Below are positions 47,616 to 57,944 of a DNA stretch of 64,000 bases, piece after piece (the stretch's first letter is position 1; each line of letters opens with the position of its first letter). The notes under the pieces were generated by a model. That model was not told the origin of the DNA. It did not search any database and worked only from the letters and a program-made list of their open reading frames with translations. The stretch lies in contig CBDCCI010000001.1 in the NCBI GenBank assembly GCA_965214705.1, forward strand, positions 96,001-160,000, in the 5' to 3' direction. The position numbers and the translations under genes are program-made. This DNA comes from Alphaproteobacteria bacterium (GTDB taxonomy: Bacteria; Pseudomonadota; Alphaproteobacteria; UBA828).

Positions 47616-48155
47616 ATGAGCGTCTCGCCCGACCACGTCTTCACCGACCTGCCCAACAGCCTCATCGGCCAGACCCGGCAGATCTGCATTGTCACCCGCG
47701 ACCTCGACGCCTGCATTCGCAACTATGCGGACCGCATGGGGATCGGCCCCTGGTGGGTCCAGGAATACGGACCGCCCGACCTGACCGACAGATACTTTCG
47801 CGGCGGCCCCGGCCAGTTCTCCATGCGCCTCGCGCTGGCCTGGACCGGCGATCTCAACTGGGAAGTAATCGAGCCGCTGGAGGGGCCCAGCATCTACCAC
47901 GAGTTCCTTGAGGAGCACGGCGAGGGGCTGCAGCACGTGGGCTTCCTGTTGCAGGACACGGGCCTGGATATGGACGGCTGCATCGCCGACATGGAAGCGC
48001 GGGGATTCGCTCGGGTGATGAGCGGCGGCTGGCGCGGCGTGCGCTTCTGCTACTTCCAGACCGAGGACGCGCTCAAGACCACCCTGGAGCTGATATACCG
48101 CCCGGAAGGCTATCAGCGCCCGGATCCACTCTACTGGTACCCGGCACGGGACTAG
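47616..48155 (+). CDS. VOC/glyoxalase family protein (methylmalonyl-CoA epimerase-like fold)
   Basis: QICIVTRDLD, GIGPW, EVIEPLEGPSIY.EFL..HGEGLQHVGF. Confidence 0.8.
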   Translation: MSVSPDHVFTDLPNSLIGQTRQICIVTRDLDACIRNYADRMGIGPWWVQEYGPPDLTDRYFRGGPGQFSMRLALAWTGDLNWEVIEPLEGPSIYHEFLEEHGEGLQHVGFLLQDTGLDMDGCIADMEARGFARVMSGGWRGVRFCYFQTEDALKTTLELIYRPEGYQRPDPLYWYPARD

Positions 48156-48226
48156 CGTAACGTCCCGGCAATTCACGCGGTGCGGGCTTGGAGCGCCGCA
48201 GCACGGCTGCCGTGGAGTGGGATGCG

Positions 48227-48547
48227 ATGGCCAACTTGTACAGCGTCGATGTTTTCCACTGCGAGGAAACCGACGTGTTCGTTGCGACGAGCGAGGACAT
48301 ACCCGGTCTGACGCTCGAAGCGGATACGCTCGGCGGCATGCTTGAGGCCGTCATGGAGATGGTGCCGCAACTGCTCGAGCAAAATTTGGACGTGCCGCGA
48401 GACGCTGACGTGCAAGTGACGGTGCGGCTTCAGCAGGCAGGCCAACCAGCCGGGCAACCAGGGCACCATCAACGTTCTCGGTCGCAGGTTGGCGCACGGA
48501 CGCCCCGCTATGTCGTCGAGGAAACACTGATCCCGTCACACGTGTAG
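48227..48547 (+). CDS. HicB-like antitoxin (DUF1902-like)
   Basis: VFVATSEDIPGLTLEADT..V.EMVPQLLEQN partial RNase H fold pattern. Confidence 0.75.
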   Translation: MANLYSVDVFHCEETDVFVATSEDIPGLTLEADTLGGMLEAVMEMVPQLLEQNLDVPRDADVQVTVRLQQAGQPAGQPGHHQRSRSQVGARTPRYVVEETLIPSHV

Positions 48548-48560
48548 CACTGGTATCGCA

Positions 48561-48758
48561 GTGGCGACTTTCGAACGGAAGGTGAAAAGCCTTCTGAGAG
48601 CGGCCGGTTGGGTCAAAATCCGCCAAGGCAGGTCAAGCCACGAACAGTGGCAGAGTGCGGACCGCACCGGGCTGGTCATCACCGTCCCAAGCAAGATCAA
48701 GAGCCGGCATACAGCCAACCATATTCTGAAACAGGCGGGAATCGACGAGAAGCTATGA
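48561..48758 (+). CDS. hicA: HicA-family toxin
   Basis: LLRAAGW..RQGRSSHEQW..ITVP..SRHTANHILKQAG. Confidence 0.85.
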   Translation: MATFERKVKSLLRAAGWVKIRQGRSSHEQWQSADRTGLVITVPSKIKSRHTANHILKQAGIDEKL

Positions 48759-48780
48759 CAGGACGGCCGAGAGGGCGGCG

Positions 48781-49593
48781 TCAGGAATCCTGCCAGACGG
48801 GATCCCGCTTCTCGAGGAAGGCGGTGATGCCCTCGCGCGCGTCGTCCGCCTGGATGGTGCGGTAGATCACCTCGCCGGCGTAGTCGTAGGCATCGCCGCG
48901 GTCCATCTCTAGCTGGCGGTAGAAGGATCGCTTGCCCTGGGCGATGGCGTAGGCCGACTTCGACGCGATATGCCTCGCCACCTCTTCGACCCGCTCGTTC
49001 AGCTTGTCGGGCTCCACCACCTCGCTGACCAACCCCATGCGAAAGGCGGTCTCGGCATCCATCATCTTGCCGGTGAGCAGCATCTGCATCGCATGCTTGG
49101 GCGCGACGGCGCGGCTCACCGCCACCTGCGGCGAGTGGCACCAGAAGCCGATGTTTACGCCGGGGGTGGCGAACTTGGCCTCCGACGAGGCGTAGACCAG
49201 ATCGCAGCTCGCGACCAGCTCGCAGCCGGCGGCGGTGGCGATGCTGTGGACCTTGGCGATCACGGGCTGGGGCAGGCCGATCAAGCTCTGCATCATGCGC
49301 GAGCAGGTAGCGGTGGCTTCCCGCTTGGTCTCCGGCGCCTTCATGGCCTCGACGGATTCGTTGAGGTCGTGGCCGGTGCAGAAGAGCCGCCCCGCCGCAG
49401 CCAGGATCACCACCCGCACGGAACGGTCGTCCCTGATCTCGTCCAGGGTGTCCTGCAGCTCGTGCACCAGCCGGTGGGAGAGGCTGTTGCCCGACTTGGG
49501 CCGGTTCAGCGTGAGCGTCGTCACACCGTCATCGTCCTTGCGGCGCAGCGTGCGCGCGATCCCTTCCGGCAGTTCCACGATTTCGGTCGCCAT
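48781..49593 (-). CDS. Enoyl-CoA hydratase/isomerase (crotonase) family
   Basis: LTLNRP, FCTGHDL, ATAAGCELVASCD, FATPGVNIG, AFLEKRDP. Confidence 0.9.
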   Translation of the reverse strand: MATEIVELPEGIARTLRRKDDDGVTTLTLNRPKSGNSLSHRLVHELQDTLDEIRDDRSVRVVILAAAGRLFCTGHDLNESVEAMKAPETKREATATCSRMMQSLIGLPQPVIAKVHSIATAAGCELVASCDLVYASSEAKFATPGVNIGFWCHSPQVAVSRAVAPKHAMQMLLTGKMMDAETAFRMGLVSEVVEPDKLNERVEEVARHIASKSAYAIAQGKRSFYRQLEMDRGDAYDYAGEVIYRTIQADDAREGITAFLEKRDPVWQDS

Positions 49594-49764
49594 CGTTCCC
49601 TCCAGCTCTCGGGCTTGCGGGCGGCATTCTAGCACCGGGCCGCAGAATGCGAAGGCAGCCGGGCGGACGGCTTGCGGCGGCGCCCGTTGTGGCCTATGTC
49701 GTGGCCCGCTAGCGCCGTCGCGGCCGGGCTGGCACGCGTGCATCCGAGAGAAGCGGGAGACCCC

Positions 49765-50526
49765 ATGGCACAGCTTGAAGGGAAGGTCGCCGTCGTTACC
49801 GGCGGCGGGCGGGGCTTGGGCCGCGCCTATTGCGAGGCGCTGGCGCGCGAGGGTGCCGCGGTGGTCGCCGCCGACATTCGCGACACGGCCGAGACGGTGG
49901 ACGCCATCGGCAAGACCAACGGGCGTGTCACCGGCATCGCGCTCGACGCCGCCGACATGACGAGCTGCGAGACCATGGCCAAGCACGCGGTCGCCGAGTT
50001 CGGGCGCATCGACGTGCTCATCAACAATGCCGCGCTCTACGGCGACATCCAGGGCGGGCGCTTCGACAAGATCCCGCAGGACGAGTGGGACAAGACCATG
50101 GCGGTCAACGTGCGCGGCGTCTGGCAATGCACCAAGGCGTGCGTGCCGGCCATGCGCGAGGCGGGCGGCGGCTCCATCGTCAATATCGCCTCGCTGGCTG
50201 CGGTCTACGGCATGCCCTATGGCCTGCACTACGCGACCTCGAAGTCCGCGGTGATCGGCATGACCCGCGCGCTCGCCCGCGAGCTCGGGCGCGACTGGAT
50301 CAGGGTCAACGCCATCGCGCCGAGCGCGGTGCTGACCGAGGGGACGGACGAGTTCTTCGGAGAGAAGAAGGACAAGCTGCTCCAGGCCGTCGCCACCGGC
50401 CAGAGCCTGCAGAGGAACCTCGAGACCGACGATCTGGTGGGCACCGTGCTCTACCTCGCGTCCGACGCGAGCAAGCTGGTCACCGGCCAGACCCTGATGG
50501 TGGACGGCGGCACGGTGTTTCTTTAG
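49765..50526 (+). CDS. SDR-family oxidoreductase
   Basis: TGGGRGLG, INNAA, YATSK, VTGQTLMVDGG. Confidence 0.92.
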   Translation: MAQLEGKVAVVTGGGRGLGRAYCEALAREGAAVVAADIRDTAETVDAIGKTNGRVTGIALDAADMTSCETMAKHAVAEFGRIDVLINNAALYGDIQGGRFDKIPQDEWDKTMAVNVRGVWQCTKACVPAMREAGGGSIVNIASLAAVYGMPYGLHYATSKSAVIGMTRALARELGRDWIRVNAIAPSAVLTEGTDEFFGEKKDKLLQAVATGQSLQRNLETDDLVGTVLYLASDASKLVTGQTLMVDGGTVFL

Positions 50527-50553
50527 GCGCGGGTCGGGGACCTCTCGCCCTAG

Positions 50554-52200
50554 CCCGGATTTCTCACGAGCGTCCATTGTTGGGTTGTTTGGCGTTTGTC
50601 GTGGGTTTGGTTGGTAGCCTTGCGGTGTGGTCCGGGTAATGACGCAGGAGTGGCGGTGGCGCCGGGGGCGCGGTTGAGGCTGGAGCGGGTTTTTGGTTGT
50701 TGGCGGGAGGGTGGCAGCGGGCCTGAGGCTCGGCTCAGGTGCATAATCGGGCGTGAGCGCGTGCGAACTCGGGCGCGTGGGGTGCGCCTGAGGCCATGGC
50801 GATGCGGATGCGGCGGGTACTCAGGCGGACCTGGGCGCCGATCTTCAGCAGCTTGAGGCGGATCGAGCCGCAGGTAGCGCGGGCAAGGCGAGTTCCGGCG
50901 AGCGCGATGCGCCTGAGCGCTGCGAGCAGCACGTAGGCCATGGCGGCGAACCAGAGGCGGAGCTGGTTGGCGCGCATGGTCTGAGCCGAGGTGCGGTCTG
51001 AGAAGAGGTCGAGCTGGTACTCCTTGATGCGGTTCTCCATCTCGCCGCGGGCGCAGTAGAGGGTCTCGTAGAGTTCCCGCCGGTCGATGGCGGCCGCGCT
51101 CAGCGAGGTGACGACGAAGCGGGGGTTGGCGCGGCCCGGCATCCACTCCGCCTTGCCGACGACACGGCGCGGGCGCGACCAAGTCTTGCACGTGCGGTAG
51201 CGGAACTCGGTGAACAGCCGCGCCGGCTGGCCGCTCTCCCGCGAGCGGGCTTCGGCCAGGTCCAGGGCCGGTTGCAGGCGGTCCGTGAGCCGCGGGTTCC
51301 GGGCGAGCCCGAAGACATAGTCCACCCCGTTCGCCTCGCACCAGGCCATCAGCCCCTCGCGGGCGAAGCCTGAGTCTGCGCGCAGCACGATCTCCACTGC
51401 CGGCCAGCGGGCGCGGATGCGCGCGACGATGCGCGCCACCTCTTCGGCCGCGCCGGCGCTGGCGTCGATGTCGGCCCGCCTCAGCTTGGCGGCCAGCAGG
51501 TGATCGCCGCAGAAGATGTAGAGCGGCAGGTAGCAGTAGCAGTCGTAGTAGCCGTGGAAGAAGCGGCCTTCCTGATGGCCGTGCAGCGGGTCGTCGGTGG
51601 CGTCCAGATCGAGGACCAACCGCTCAGGGGCCTGCCCGTGGGCGTCGAGGAAGAGATCGACGAAGAGCGTCTCGATCGCCTCAGGCTCATGACCGATCCG
51701 GCGATAGCGATGGGCGCCCGAAGGCGCGTGCTCCAGCCGGTTCAGCGTCGACTTGCCCGCAAGCGGCGCACAGCCCGCACGCCCGGCCTCCAAACGCCCC
51801 AGCACCACCCCCAGCACGGGGTCGTGGCGCAGCGCGTCGTGGTCGATCAAGTCCTCGTAGCCCAGCGCGATCCCGAACACCCGCTGGCCCACCAGGGTGG
51901 CAACGTCGTGCACCACACGAGAGGCCGCGCGCCCGTCCGAGAAGCAGGCGGCGAAGCAATCCACCAGTCCGATCGCCCGGTCCGTGGCGCCCAGCAGCAG
52001 GGCGCCCGCGTCCGAGGTCATCACCCCGCCGCCGAAGTCGGCCACCACATCACGCCCGTTCAGGCGTGCAAACTGCATCGCGGGAGGACTACACTCTGCG
52101 GGCATCGGGGAACTCCTCTGCAGCCGGTGAAGTCTTTGTTGCAGAAGAGCTTTCGCACGTGCAGAGCCCCGATGCACACCATACTCGTGAGAAATCCGGG
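50554..52200 (-). mobile_element. IS1380-family insertion sequence, 1647 bp
   Basis: Perfect 17-bp IRs CCCGGATTTCTCACGAG / CTCGTGAGAAATCCGGG; CTAG on both flanks (50550-50553, 52201-52204). Confidence 0.92.
50735..52105 (-). CDS. IS1380-family DDE transposase
   Basis: F.GG.MTSDAGALLL, GYEDLIDHD, LDLDATDDPLHGHQEG, RADSGF, YCARGEMENRIKE. Confidence 0.93.
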   Translation of the reverse strand: MPAECSPPAMQFARLNGRDVVADFGGGVMTSDAGALLLGATDRAIGLVDCFAACFSDGRAASRVVHDVATLVGQRVFGIALGYEDLIDHDALRHDPVLGVVLGRLEAGRAGCAPLAGKSTLNRLEHAPSGAHRYRRIGHEPEAIETLFVDLFLDAHGQAPERLVLDLDATDDPLHGHQEGRFFHGYYDCYCYLPLYIFCGDHLLAAKLRRADIDASAGAAEEVARIVARIRARWPAVEIVLRADSGFAREGLMAWCEANGVDYVFGLARNPRLTDRLQPALDLAEARSRESGQPARLFTEFRYRTCKTWSRPRRVVGKAEWMPGRANPRFVVTSLSAAAIDRRELYETLYCARGEMENRIKEYQLDLFSDRTSAQTMRANQLRLWFAAMAYVLLAALRRIALAGTRLARATCGSIRLKLLKIGAQVRLSTRRIRIAMASGAPHAPEFARAHARLCT

Positions 52201-54021
52201 CTAGAACGCCGCCTCCAGCTCGTCGACGAAGCCGGCGATCACGTCGAGGCCGCGCGACCAAAACGCAGGGTCGCTCGCATCGAGGCCGAAGGGGGCCAGC
52301 AGCTCCCGGTGCCGGAGGCTGCCGCCGGCCCGCAGCATGTCCAGATACTTCTGCTCGAAGCCCTCAGGCTCGGCCCGATAGACCGCGTAGAGCGCATTCA
52401 CCAGGCACTCGCCGAAGGCGTAGGCGTAGACGTAGAACGGCGCGTGGATGAAGTGCGGGATGTAGGTCCAGTAGTGGCGGTACTCGTCGTGGAAGCGGAG
52501 CGCCGGACCCAGGCTCTCGCTCTGGACCGCGAGCCAGTGCTCGGAGAGTCGATCGGGCGTGAGCTCGCCTGAGCGGCGCTCCTCGTGCACGCGGCGCTCG
52601 AAGGCGCAGAAGGCGACCTGGCGCACCACGGTGTTCAGCATGTCCTCGACCTTGCCGACGAGCATGACCCGGCGGCGGACGGGGTCGCTCTCGCCGTCGA
52701 GCAGCGCGCGGAAGGTGAGCTGCTCGCCGAAGACCGAGGCGGTCTCGGCCAGCGTCAGCGGGGTCTCCGCCATCAAGAGGCCCTGCCCGCCCGCCAGCAC
52801 CTGATGCACCCCGTGGCCGAGCTCGTGGGCCAGAATCATCACGTCCCGCGTCTTGCCCTGGTAGTTGAGCAGCAGGTAGGGGTGCGCGCCCGGCACGGTG
52901 GGGTGGGCGAAGGCGCCGGGAGACTTGCCGTGGCGCACCGGAGCGTCGATCCAGTCATTGTCGAAGAAGCGCCAGCCGATGGCTGCCAATTCGGGCGAGA
53001 AGGCGCGGTAGGCCGCGAGCACGGCCTCCACCGCCTCATCCCAGCCGATCAGCCGATCGTCGTCCTCCGGGAGCGGCGCGGTGCGGTCCCAATAGTCGAG
53101 GCGGTCCCCGCCCATCCAGCGCGCCTTGAGCGCGCAATAGCGATGGGCGAGACGAGGCGCCGAGGCCTCGACGGCCGCAATCAGCGCGTCCACCACCTCG
53201 TCCTCCACCCGATTGCCGAGATTGCGCGCGGAGATCGGCCGCTCGAAGCCGCGCCACTGGTCCTCGATCTCCTTGTCCTTGGCCAGCGTGTTGGTGATGA
53301 GCGCGAAGGTGCGCACGTTCTCGCCGAGCACGGTGCCCAAAGCCTGCGCCGCCTCCTTGCGCACCTCCCGGTCCTTGTCCGAGAGCAGGTTGAGCGCATC
53401 TGCGCTGGTGAGCGCCTCGCCGCGCACGGGAAAGCGCAGCGCCGCCATGGTCTCGTCGAAGAGGCGCATCCAGGCCGCACGGCCAGCGACCTGCTTCTCG
53501 TGCAGCAGACGCTCCACCTCGTCCGAGAGCTGGAAGGGGCGGAACGCCCGCACGTCGCGCACCCAGGGCGCGTAGCGGGCGAGCGCCGGGGCCTGCAGCT
53601 TCTCCGTGAGTGCTGCGTCCTCGATCCGGTTGAGCTCGAGGGTGAGGAAGAGCAGCCGGCTGCTTGTGGCGGTGGTTTCTTCCCGGACGGTCTGGAAAAA
53701 CTGCGCCGTCTCGGCGTCGTCCATCGCCGTGCAGTAGACGAGGTAGGCGTAGCTCGTCAGCCGCTCCAGGGTCTCCTGGATCGCCTCGTAGCGCGCGATC
53801 AGGCCGCCCAAGGCCGCGCCATCGAGATCGGCGACGCGGCCCGCGAACTCCTCGTGCAGCAACTCGGCCGCCACAGCCGCCTGCGCCAGGTCGTGCTGGA
53901 GCTCGTCCGAGTCAGGCGCGGGGTAGAGGTCGGAGAGGTCCCACCCCGGCAGCGCCGCGTCGTCCCGCGCCTCTGCCGCGCTGTCGAGCCCTCGCGCCCT
54001 TCGCGCCGTCATTGCCGTCAC
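52201..54021 (-). CDS. M3-family oligoendopeptidase (PepF-like)
   Basis: WDLSDLY, GKSPGAF, LAHELGHGVH, LAETASVFGE, FYVYAYAFG. Confidence 0.92.
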   Translation of the reverse strand: MTAMTARRARGLDSAAEARDDAALPGWDLSDLYPAPDSDELQHDLAQAAVAAELLHEEFAGRVADLDGAALGGLIARYEAIQETLERLTSYAYLVYCTAMDDAETAQFFQTVREETTATSSRLLFLTLELNRIEDAALTEKLQAPALARYAPWVRDVRAFRPFQLSDEVERLLHEKQVAGRAAWMRLFDETMAALRFPVRGEALTSADALNLLSDKDREVRKEAAQALGTVLGENVRTFALITNTLAKDKEIEDQWRGFERPISARNLGNRVEDEVVDALIAAVEASAPRLAHRYCALKARWMGGDRLDYWDRTAPLPEDDDRLIGWDEAVEAVLAAYRAFSPELAAIGWRFFDNDWIDAPVRHGKSPGAFAHPTVPGAHPYLLLNYQGKTRDVMILAHELGHGVHQVLAGGQGLLMAETPLTLAETASVFGEQLTFRALLDGESDPVRRRVMLVGKVEDMLNTVVRQVAFCAFERRVHEERRSGELTPDRLSEHWLAVQSESLGPALRFHDEYRHYWTYIPHFIHAPFYVYAYAFGECLVNALYAVYRAEPEGFEQKYLDMLRAGGSLRHRELLAPFGLDASDPAFWSRGLDVIAGFVDELEAAF

Positions 54022-54818
54022 CGGCTTTGGTCGAAGGTGGGCTTGCGCCGCTCGCGGAAGGCCGCGAGCCCTTCGCGATGATCGGCGGAGACGTTGGTCA
54101 GCGTCTCGTAGGCGATCGAGGCGTCCATCATCCCATGCGCGAGCTGCTTGAGGCCGACGTTGATCGAGACCTTGGTGAGGCGGATCGCCTGGGTCGCCCC
54201 CCGCTCAAGCTTGCCCACCATCCGGGCGACGCGGGCATCCAGCTCGTCAAGTGGCACGGCTTCGTTCACGAGGCCCAGGGCCGCGGCCTCGGCGCCGTCG
54301 ATCAGCCGGCCGGTCATCAGGAACTCCTTGGCGCGCGGATAGCCGATGAGCTGAGGCCAGATGATCGCCCCACCGTCACCAGCGGAAAGCCCGATGTTGA
54401 CGTGCAGATCGCCGATCCGCGCGTCGTCGGCCGCGATGATGATGTCGCAAAAGAGCGCGACCGTGGCCCCGAGCCCCACCGCGTCGCCGTTCAGGCGGCA
54501 GATCACCGGCTTTTCCAGGTCGAGGAGGCCGAACACGATCTGCTTCGCCTCGACGGCGATGCCGTCGAAGATCGTCGGATCGTCGGCGGCGCTCTGGAGC
54601 CAGTCCATGTCGCCGCCGGCGCAGAAGGCGCGGCCCGCGCCGGTCAGCACGACGATGTCGGTCTCGCGGTCGGCGGCGATGTCGTAGAAGAGCCGCGCCA
54701 TCTCGGCGTGCATGGCCGCACTCACGGCGTTGAGCACGTCGGGCCGGTTGAGCGTGACGGTGAGCACGCGCCGCTCGCGCGCAAACGTCATCGTGGTGTA
54801 GCCGTCGTAGCCCGTCAT
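54018..54818 (-). CDS. Enoyl-CoA hydratase/isomerase family
   Basis: TLNRPDVLNA, AFCAGGD, GDAVGLGATVAL.CD, AFRERRKP. Confidence 0.9.
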   Translation of the reverse strand: MTGYDGYTTMTFARERRVLTVTLNRPDVLNAVSAAMHAEMARLFYDIAADRETDIVVLTGAGRAFCAGGDMDWLQSAADDPTIFDGIAVEAKQIVFGLLDLEKPVICRLNGDAVGLGATVALFCDIIIAADDARIGDLHVNIGLSAGDGGAIIWPQLIGYPRAKEFLMTGRLIDGAEAAALGLVNEAVPLDELDARVARMVGKLERGATQAIRLTKVSINVGLKQLAHGMMDASIAYETLTNVSADHREGLAAFRERRKPTFDQSR

Positions 54819-55089
54819 GCCCGTCTCCTGTGCTGCACGCCGGCGCGAGGGTGTCAGCACGTCGCTGTGAAAGCAATGCAACGTGCACTCCGGGACTTAA
54901 TCATTTCCCTCAATCGCCGGGCGCTCGCTCCGCTCGCTTGGCTCCGCGCCTGGCGGCGCGCGGCGCTAGCGCGCCGTCCGGGCCTGCGGCCCGGTTCCCG
55001 TCACGGCGAATTCCTCATCGGTTGCCGGGAACGTGCCCCAAACCATGGTGCGGTGCACAGGGAGGGGCGGCGCGGGGCAGCATCGCGGG

Positions 55090-55836
55090 ATGAGCCAGGA
55101 ACCATCCCGCGAGAACAGTCACGCCATGCAGAACGAACCCCCCAAGAGCACGACGGCCGCGGCATTCGGCCGCTCCTCCATCAAGCGCCTGCCGCCCAAG
55201 CTGCGCGAGGCCGTGGACGCGGCCATCGCGGACGGCGCCACCATCGACGAGATCACCGCCCGCATCCGGGCCGAAGGCGAGACATGCTCGCGCTCGGCCG
55301 TCGGCCGCTACGCCAAGAACATGCGCGACCTGATCCGCCAGCAGCAGGAGACCGACCGCACCATCAAGGCGTGGGTGGATGCGCTGGGCGAGCGGCCGGA
55401 GGGCCAGGCGGGGCTCATCCTGATCGAGACCCTGCGGACCATGGCGCTCGCCACCATGGCTCGTCTCAGCGCGCGGGAAGAGCCCGTGTCGACGGAGGAG
55501 CTCGCCCGCCTCGCCCTCACCCTCAAGCGCATCGAAGGCACCGACAAGCTCCGCAAAGACCGGGAGCGGGCGGCAAAGAAGGCGGCGAACGACGCAGACC
55601 GCGCCAAGCGCCAGGGCGGGCTCTCGCCGGAGGCGGTCGCCATCATCCGCGCGGAGGTAGAGGGCAGGCCCCCGCCACCCCCGCCTGCTCCCCGCACCGT
55701 CACGTCGGTGCCGGTGGACCCGTGGAACCCTGCCGAAGCCCGCCTATACCCATCGATCCCAGCTGATCCCAGCGAGTCCCGCTCGAATAATTCGTTCCCG
55801 TCTCATGGCATGTCAGAGGGAATGCCCGGCGGATAA
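55090..55836 (+). CDS. DUF3486 / Mu gp27-like phage protein, orphan
   Basis: GRSSIKRLPPKLRE, SRSAVGRY, GGLSPEAVAIIRAEV; start may be 55126. Confidence 0.75.
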   Translation: MSQEPSRENSHAMQNEPPKSTTAAAFGRSSIKRLPPKLREAVDAAIADGATIDEITARIRAEGETCSRSAVGRYAKNMRDLIRQQQETDRTIKAWVDALGERPEGQAGLILIETLRTMALATMARLSAREEPVSTEELARLALTLKRIEGTDKLRKDRERAAKKAANDADRAKRQGGLSPEAVAIIRAEVEGRPPPPPPAPRTVTSVPVDPWNPAEARLYPSIPADPSESRSNNSFPSHGMSEGMPGG

Positions 55837-55837
55837 A

Positions 55838-55864
55838 GATGCCCGGAACAAGTCGGGGCATGAC
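55838..55864. repeat. Alphaproteobacterial REP-like palindrome half
   Basis: GATGCCCGGAACAAGTCGGGGCATGAC hairpin between convergent genes. Confidence 0.55.
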
Positions 55865-55911
55865 GTTGTGAGAGAGGGAGGGGGGACGTAAGAGGCGGCG
55901 GCCGGCCGTGC

Positions 55912-56928
55912 CTAGTGCAAGAAGCAGGCGACCTGATGGCCGGGCTTGACTTCCTTCAGCACCGGGGTCCGCTCGGAGCACTCGGGCATCCGGTGCGGGC
56001 AGCGGGTGTGGAAGGGGCAGCCGGTGGGCGGGCTGATCGGGCTCGGCACGTCGCCTTCGAGCCCGCCGAGGGAATCCGCGCGGGGGCCGTCGGGGTTGGC
56101 CTCGGGGATCGCGCTGATCAGCGCCTGGGAATAGGGGTGCAGCGGCTCGCGGTAGAGGCTCTCGCTCTCCGCAATCTCCACGATGCGGCCGAGGTAGAGC
56201 ACGGCGGTGCGGTTGCAGAAGCGCTTCACCACCGAAAGGTCGTGGGAGATGAAGACGTAGGTGAGCTGGAAGCGCCCCTGCAGATCGATTAGCAGGCGCA
56301 GGATCTGGGCGCGGATGGAGACGTCGAGTGCGGAGACCGGCTCGTCGAGGATCAGCAGCTTGGGCTGGAGGATGAGCGCGCGCGCGATGGCGACGCGCTG
56401 GTTCTGCCCGCCGGAGAACTCGTGCGGCAGGCGGTCGTAATAGTCGCTGCTGAGGCCCACCACCTCCAGGAACTCGCGGGCGCGGTCGAAGCGGTCCACC
56501 TTGTCGCCGATGCCGTGGAAGCGGAGCGGCTCGGCGATCTGGTTGCCGACCGACATGCGCGGGTTGAGCGAGCTGAGCGGGTCCTGGAAGACGATCTGCA
56601 TCTCGCGGCGGAGCGCCAGCAGCTCCTTCTTGGAACACGCCAGCACGTCCACGTCGTCCAGCGTGACCGAGCCTGCGGTGGGCTCGATCAGCCGCAGGAC
56701 GAGGCGCGCGGTGGTGGACTTGCCGCAGCCGGACTCGCCGACGAGGCCGAGGGTCTCGCCCCGCATCACGTCGAAGTCGACGCCGTCGACCGCGCGCAGG
56801 ATCGGCGGTGCGTCGAACAGGCCCTTGGGGTCGAGCTTGAAGTGCTTGACCAGCCCCTCGACCGAGAGGAGGGGGCCTTCGCCGCCGTTTGCGCCGCGGC
56901 CGGCGCCGCCGGAGGTGATGTCGCTCAT
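55912..56928 (-). CDS. Dipeptide/oligopeptide ABC ATP-binding protein (DppF-like)
   Basis: [21 protein letters not shown]-terminal GCPFHTRCP. Confidence 0.9.
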   Translation of the reverse strand: MSDITSGGAGRGANGGEGPLLSVEGLVKHFKLDPKGLFDAPPILRAVDGVDFDVMRGETLGLVGESGCGKSTTARLVLRLIEPTAGSVTLDDVDVLACSKKELLALRREMQIVFQDPLSSLNPRMSVGNQIAEPLRFHGIGDKVDRFDRAREFLEVVGLSSDYYDRLPHEFSGGQNQRVAIARALILQPKLLILDEPVSALDVSIRAQILRLLIDLQGRFQLTYVFISHDLSVVKRFCNRTAVLYLGRIVEIAESESLYREPLHPYSQALISAIPEANPDGPRADSLGGLEGDVPSPISPPTGCPFHTRCPHRMPECSERTPVLKEVKPGHQVACFLH

Positions 56929-57932
56929 GGCGCGGCTCCTGCGCCCGGCCCACCCGTCTCCTCCGCCTGGACTGCGTGGCACACGGCGGTGGACCCGGTC
57001 GCAGTCTCGACCCAGGGCGGGTCCTGGGTGCCGCAGATGTCCATCGCCTTCACGCAGCGGTCGCGGAAGGCGCAGCCCGGCGGCGGGTCGATGGGAATGG
57101 GCGGGAGGCCGGAGATCGAGCGCAGCTCGGACTCGCGCGAATCGTCGAGCTTGATGATCGAATCCAGCAGCCCCAGCGTGTACGGGTGCCGGGGGTTGCG
57201 GAAGATGGTCTTCACGTCGCCGTATTCGACCATCCGCCCGGAATACATCACCAGCACCTCGTCGGCCATGGCCGAGACCACGCCGAGATCGTGGGTGATG
57301 AGGATCATGGCGCTGCCGAGCTTCTTCTGGATATCCGAGAGCAGCCGCAGGATCTGCGCCTGGATGGTGACGTCGAGCGCGGTGGTCGGCTCGTCCGCGA
57401 TGAGGATGTCGGGCTCGCAGGCGATGGCGATGGCGATCAGCACGCGCTGGCGCATGCCGCCGGAGAACTGGTGCGGATAGTCAGAAAGCCGCCCCTCGGG
57501 CTCGGGGATGCCGACGAGGCGCATCAGCTCCACCGCGCGGGCGCGGGCCTCCTCCTTGCTCGCCCCGGTGTGCGCGATGATGGTCTCGACGATCTGCTCG
57601 CCGATGGTGAAGACCGGGTTGAGCGAGGTCATCGGGTCCTGAAAGATCATGCCGATGCGGTTGCCGCGCAGGTCCTCCATCTCGTGCTCGGTGAGCGCCA
57701 GCAGGTCCTGGTCGCGGAACGAGATGTCGCCGTCGACGATGCGCCCCGGCAGCTCGATCAGGCGCATGATCGACTGCGCCGTCACGCTCTTGCCGGAGCC
57801 GGACTCGCCCACGATGCAGAGCACGCGGCCGGCCTGCAGCTCGAAGGAGAGGCCGTCCACCGCCTTCAACGTGCCGGTGCGGAGCCGAAAGTGGGTCTTG
57901 AGACCGCGCACGCTGAGAACCGGCTCGCTCAC
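56925..57932 (-). CDS. Dipeptide/oligopeptide ABC ATP-binding protein (DppD-like)
   Basis: [30 protein letters not shown]. Confidence 0.9.
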   Translation of the reverse strand: MSEPVLSVRGLKTHFRLRTGTLKAVDGLSFELQAGRVLCIVGESGSGKSVTAQSIMRLIELPGRIVDGDISFRDQDLLALTEHEMEDLRGNRIGMIFQDPMTSLNPVFTIGEQIVETIIAHTGASKEEARARAVELMRLVGIPEPEGRLSDYPHQFSGGMRQRVLIAIAIACEPDILIADEPTTALDVTIQAQILRLLSDIQKKLGSAMILITHDLGVVSAMADEVLVMYSGRMVEYGDVKTIFRNPRHPYTLGLLDSIIKLDDSRESELRSISGLPPIPIDPPPGCAFRDRCVKAMDICGTQDPPWVETATGSTAVCHAVQAEETGGPGAGAAP

Positions 57933-57944
57933 GACGCCCTCTCC

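Noticed and set aside
50571-50730. G/T-skewed low-complexity stretch
   Set aside because: Lies inside the IS1380 downstream of the transposase, with no periodic repeat; treated as part of the IS end
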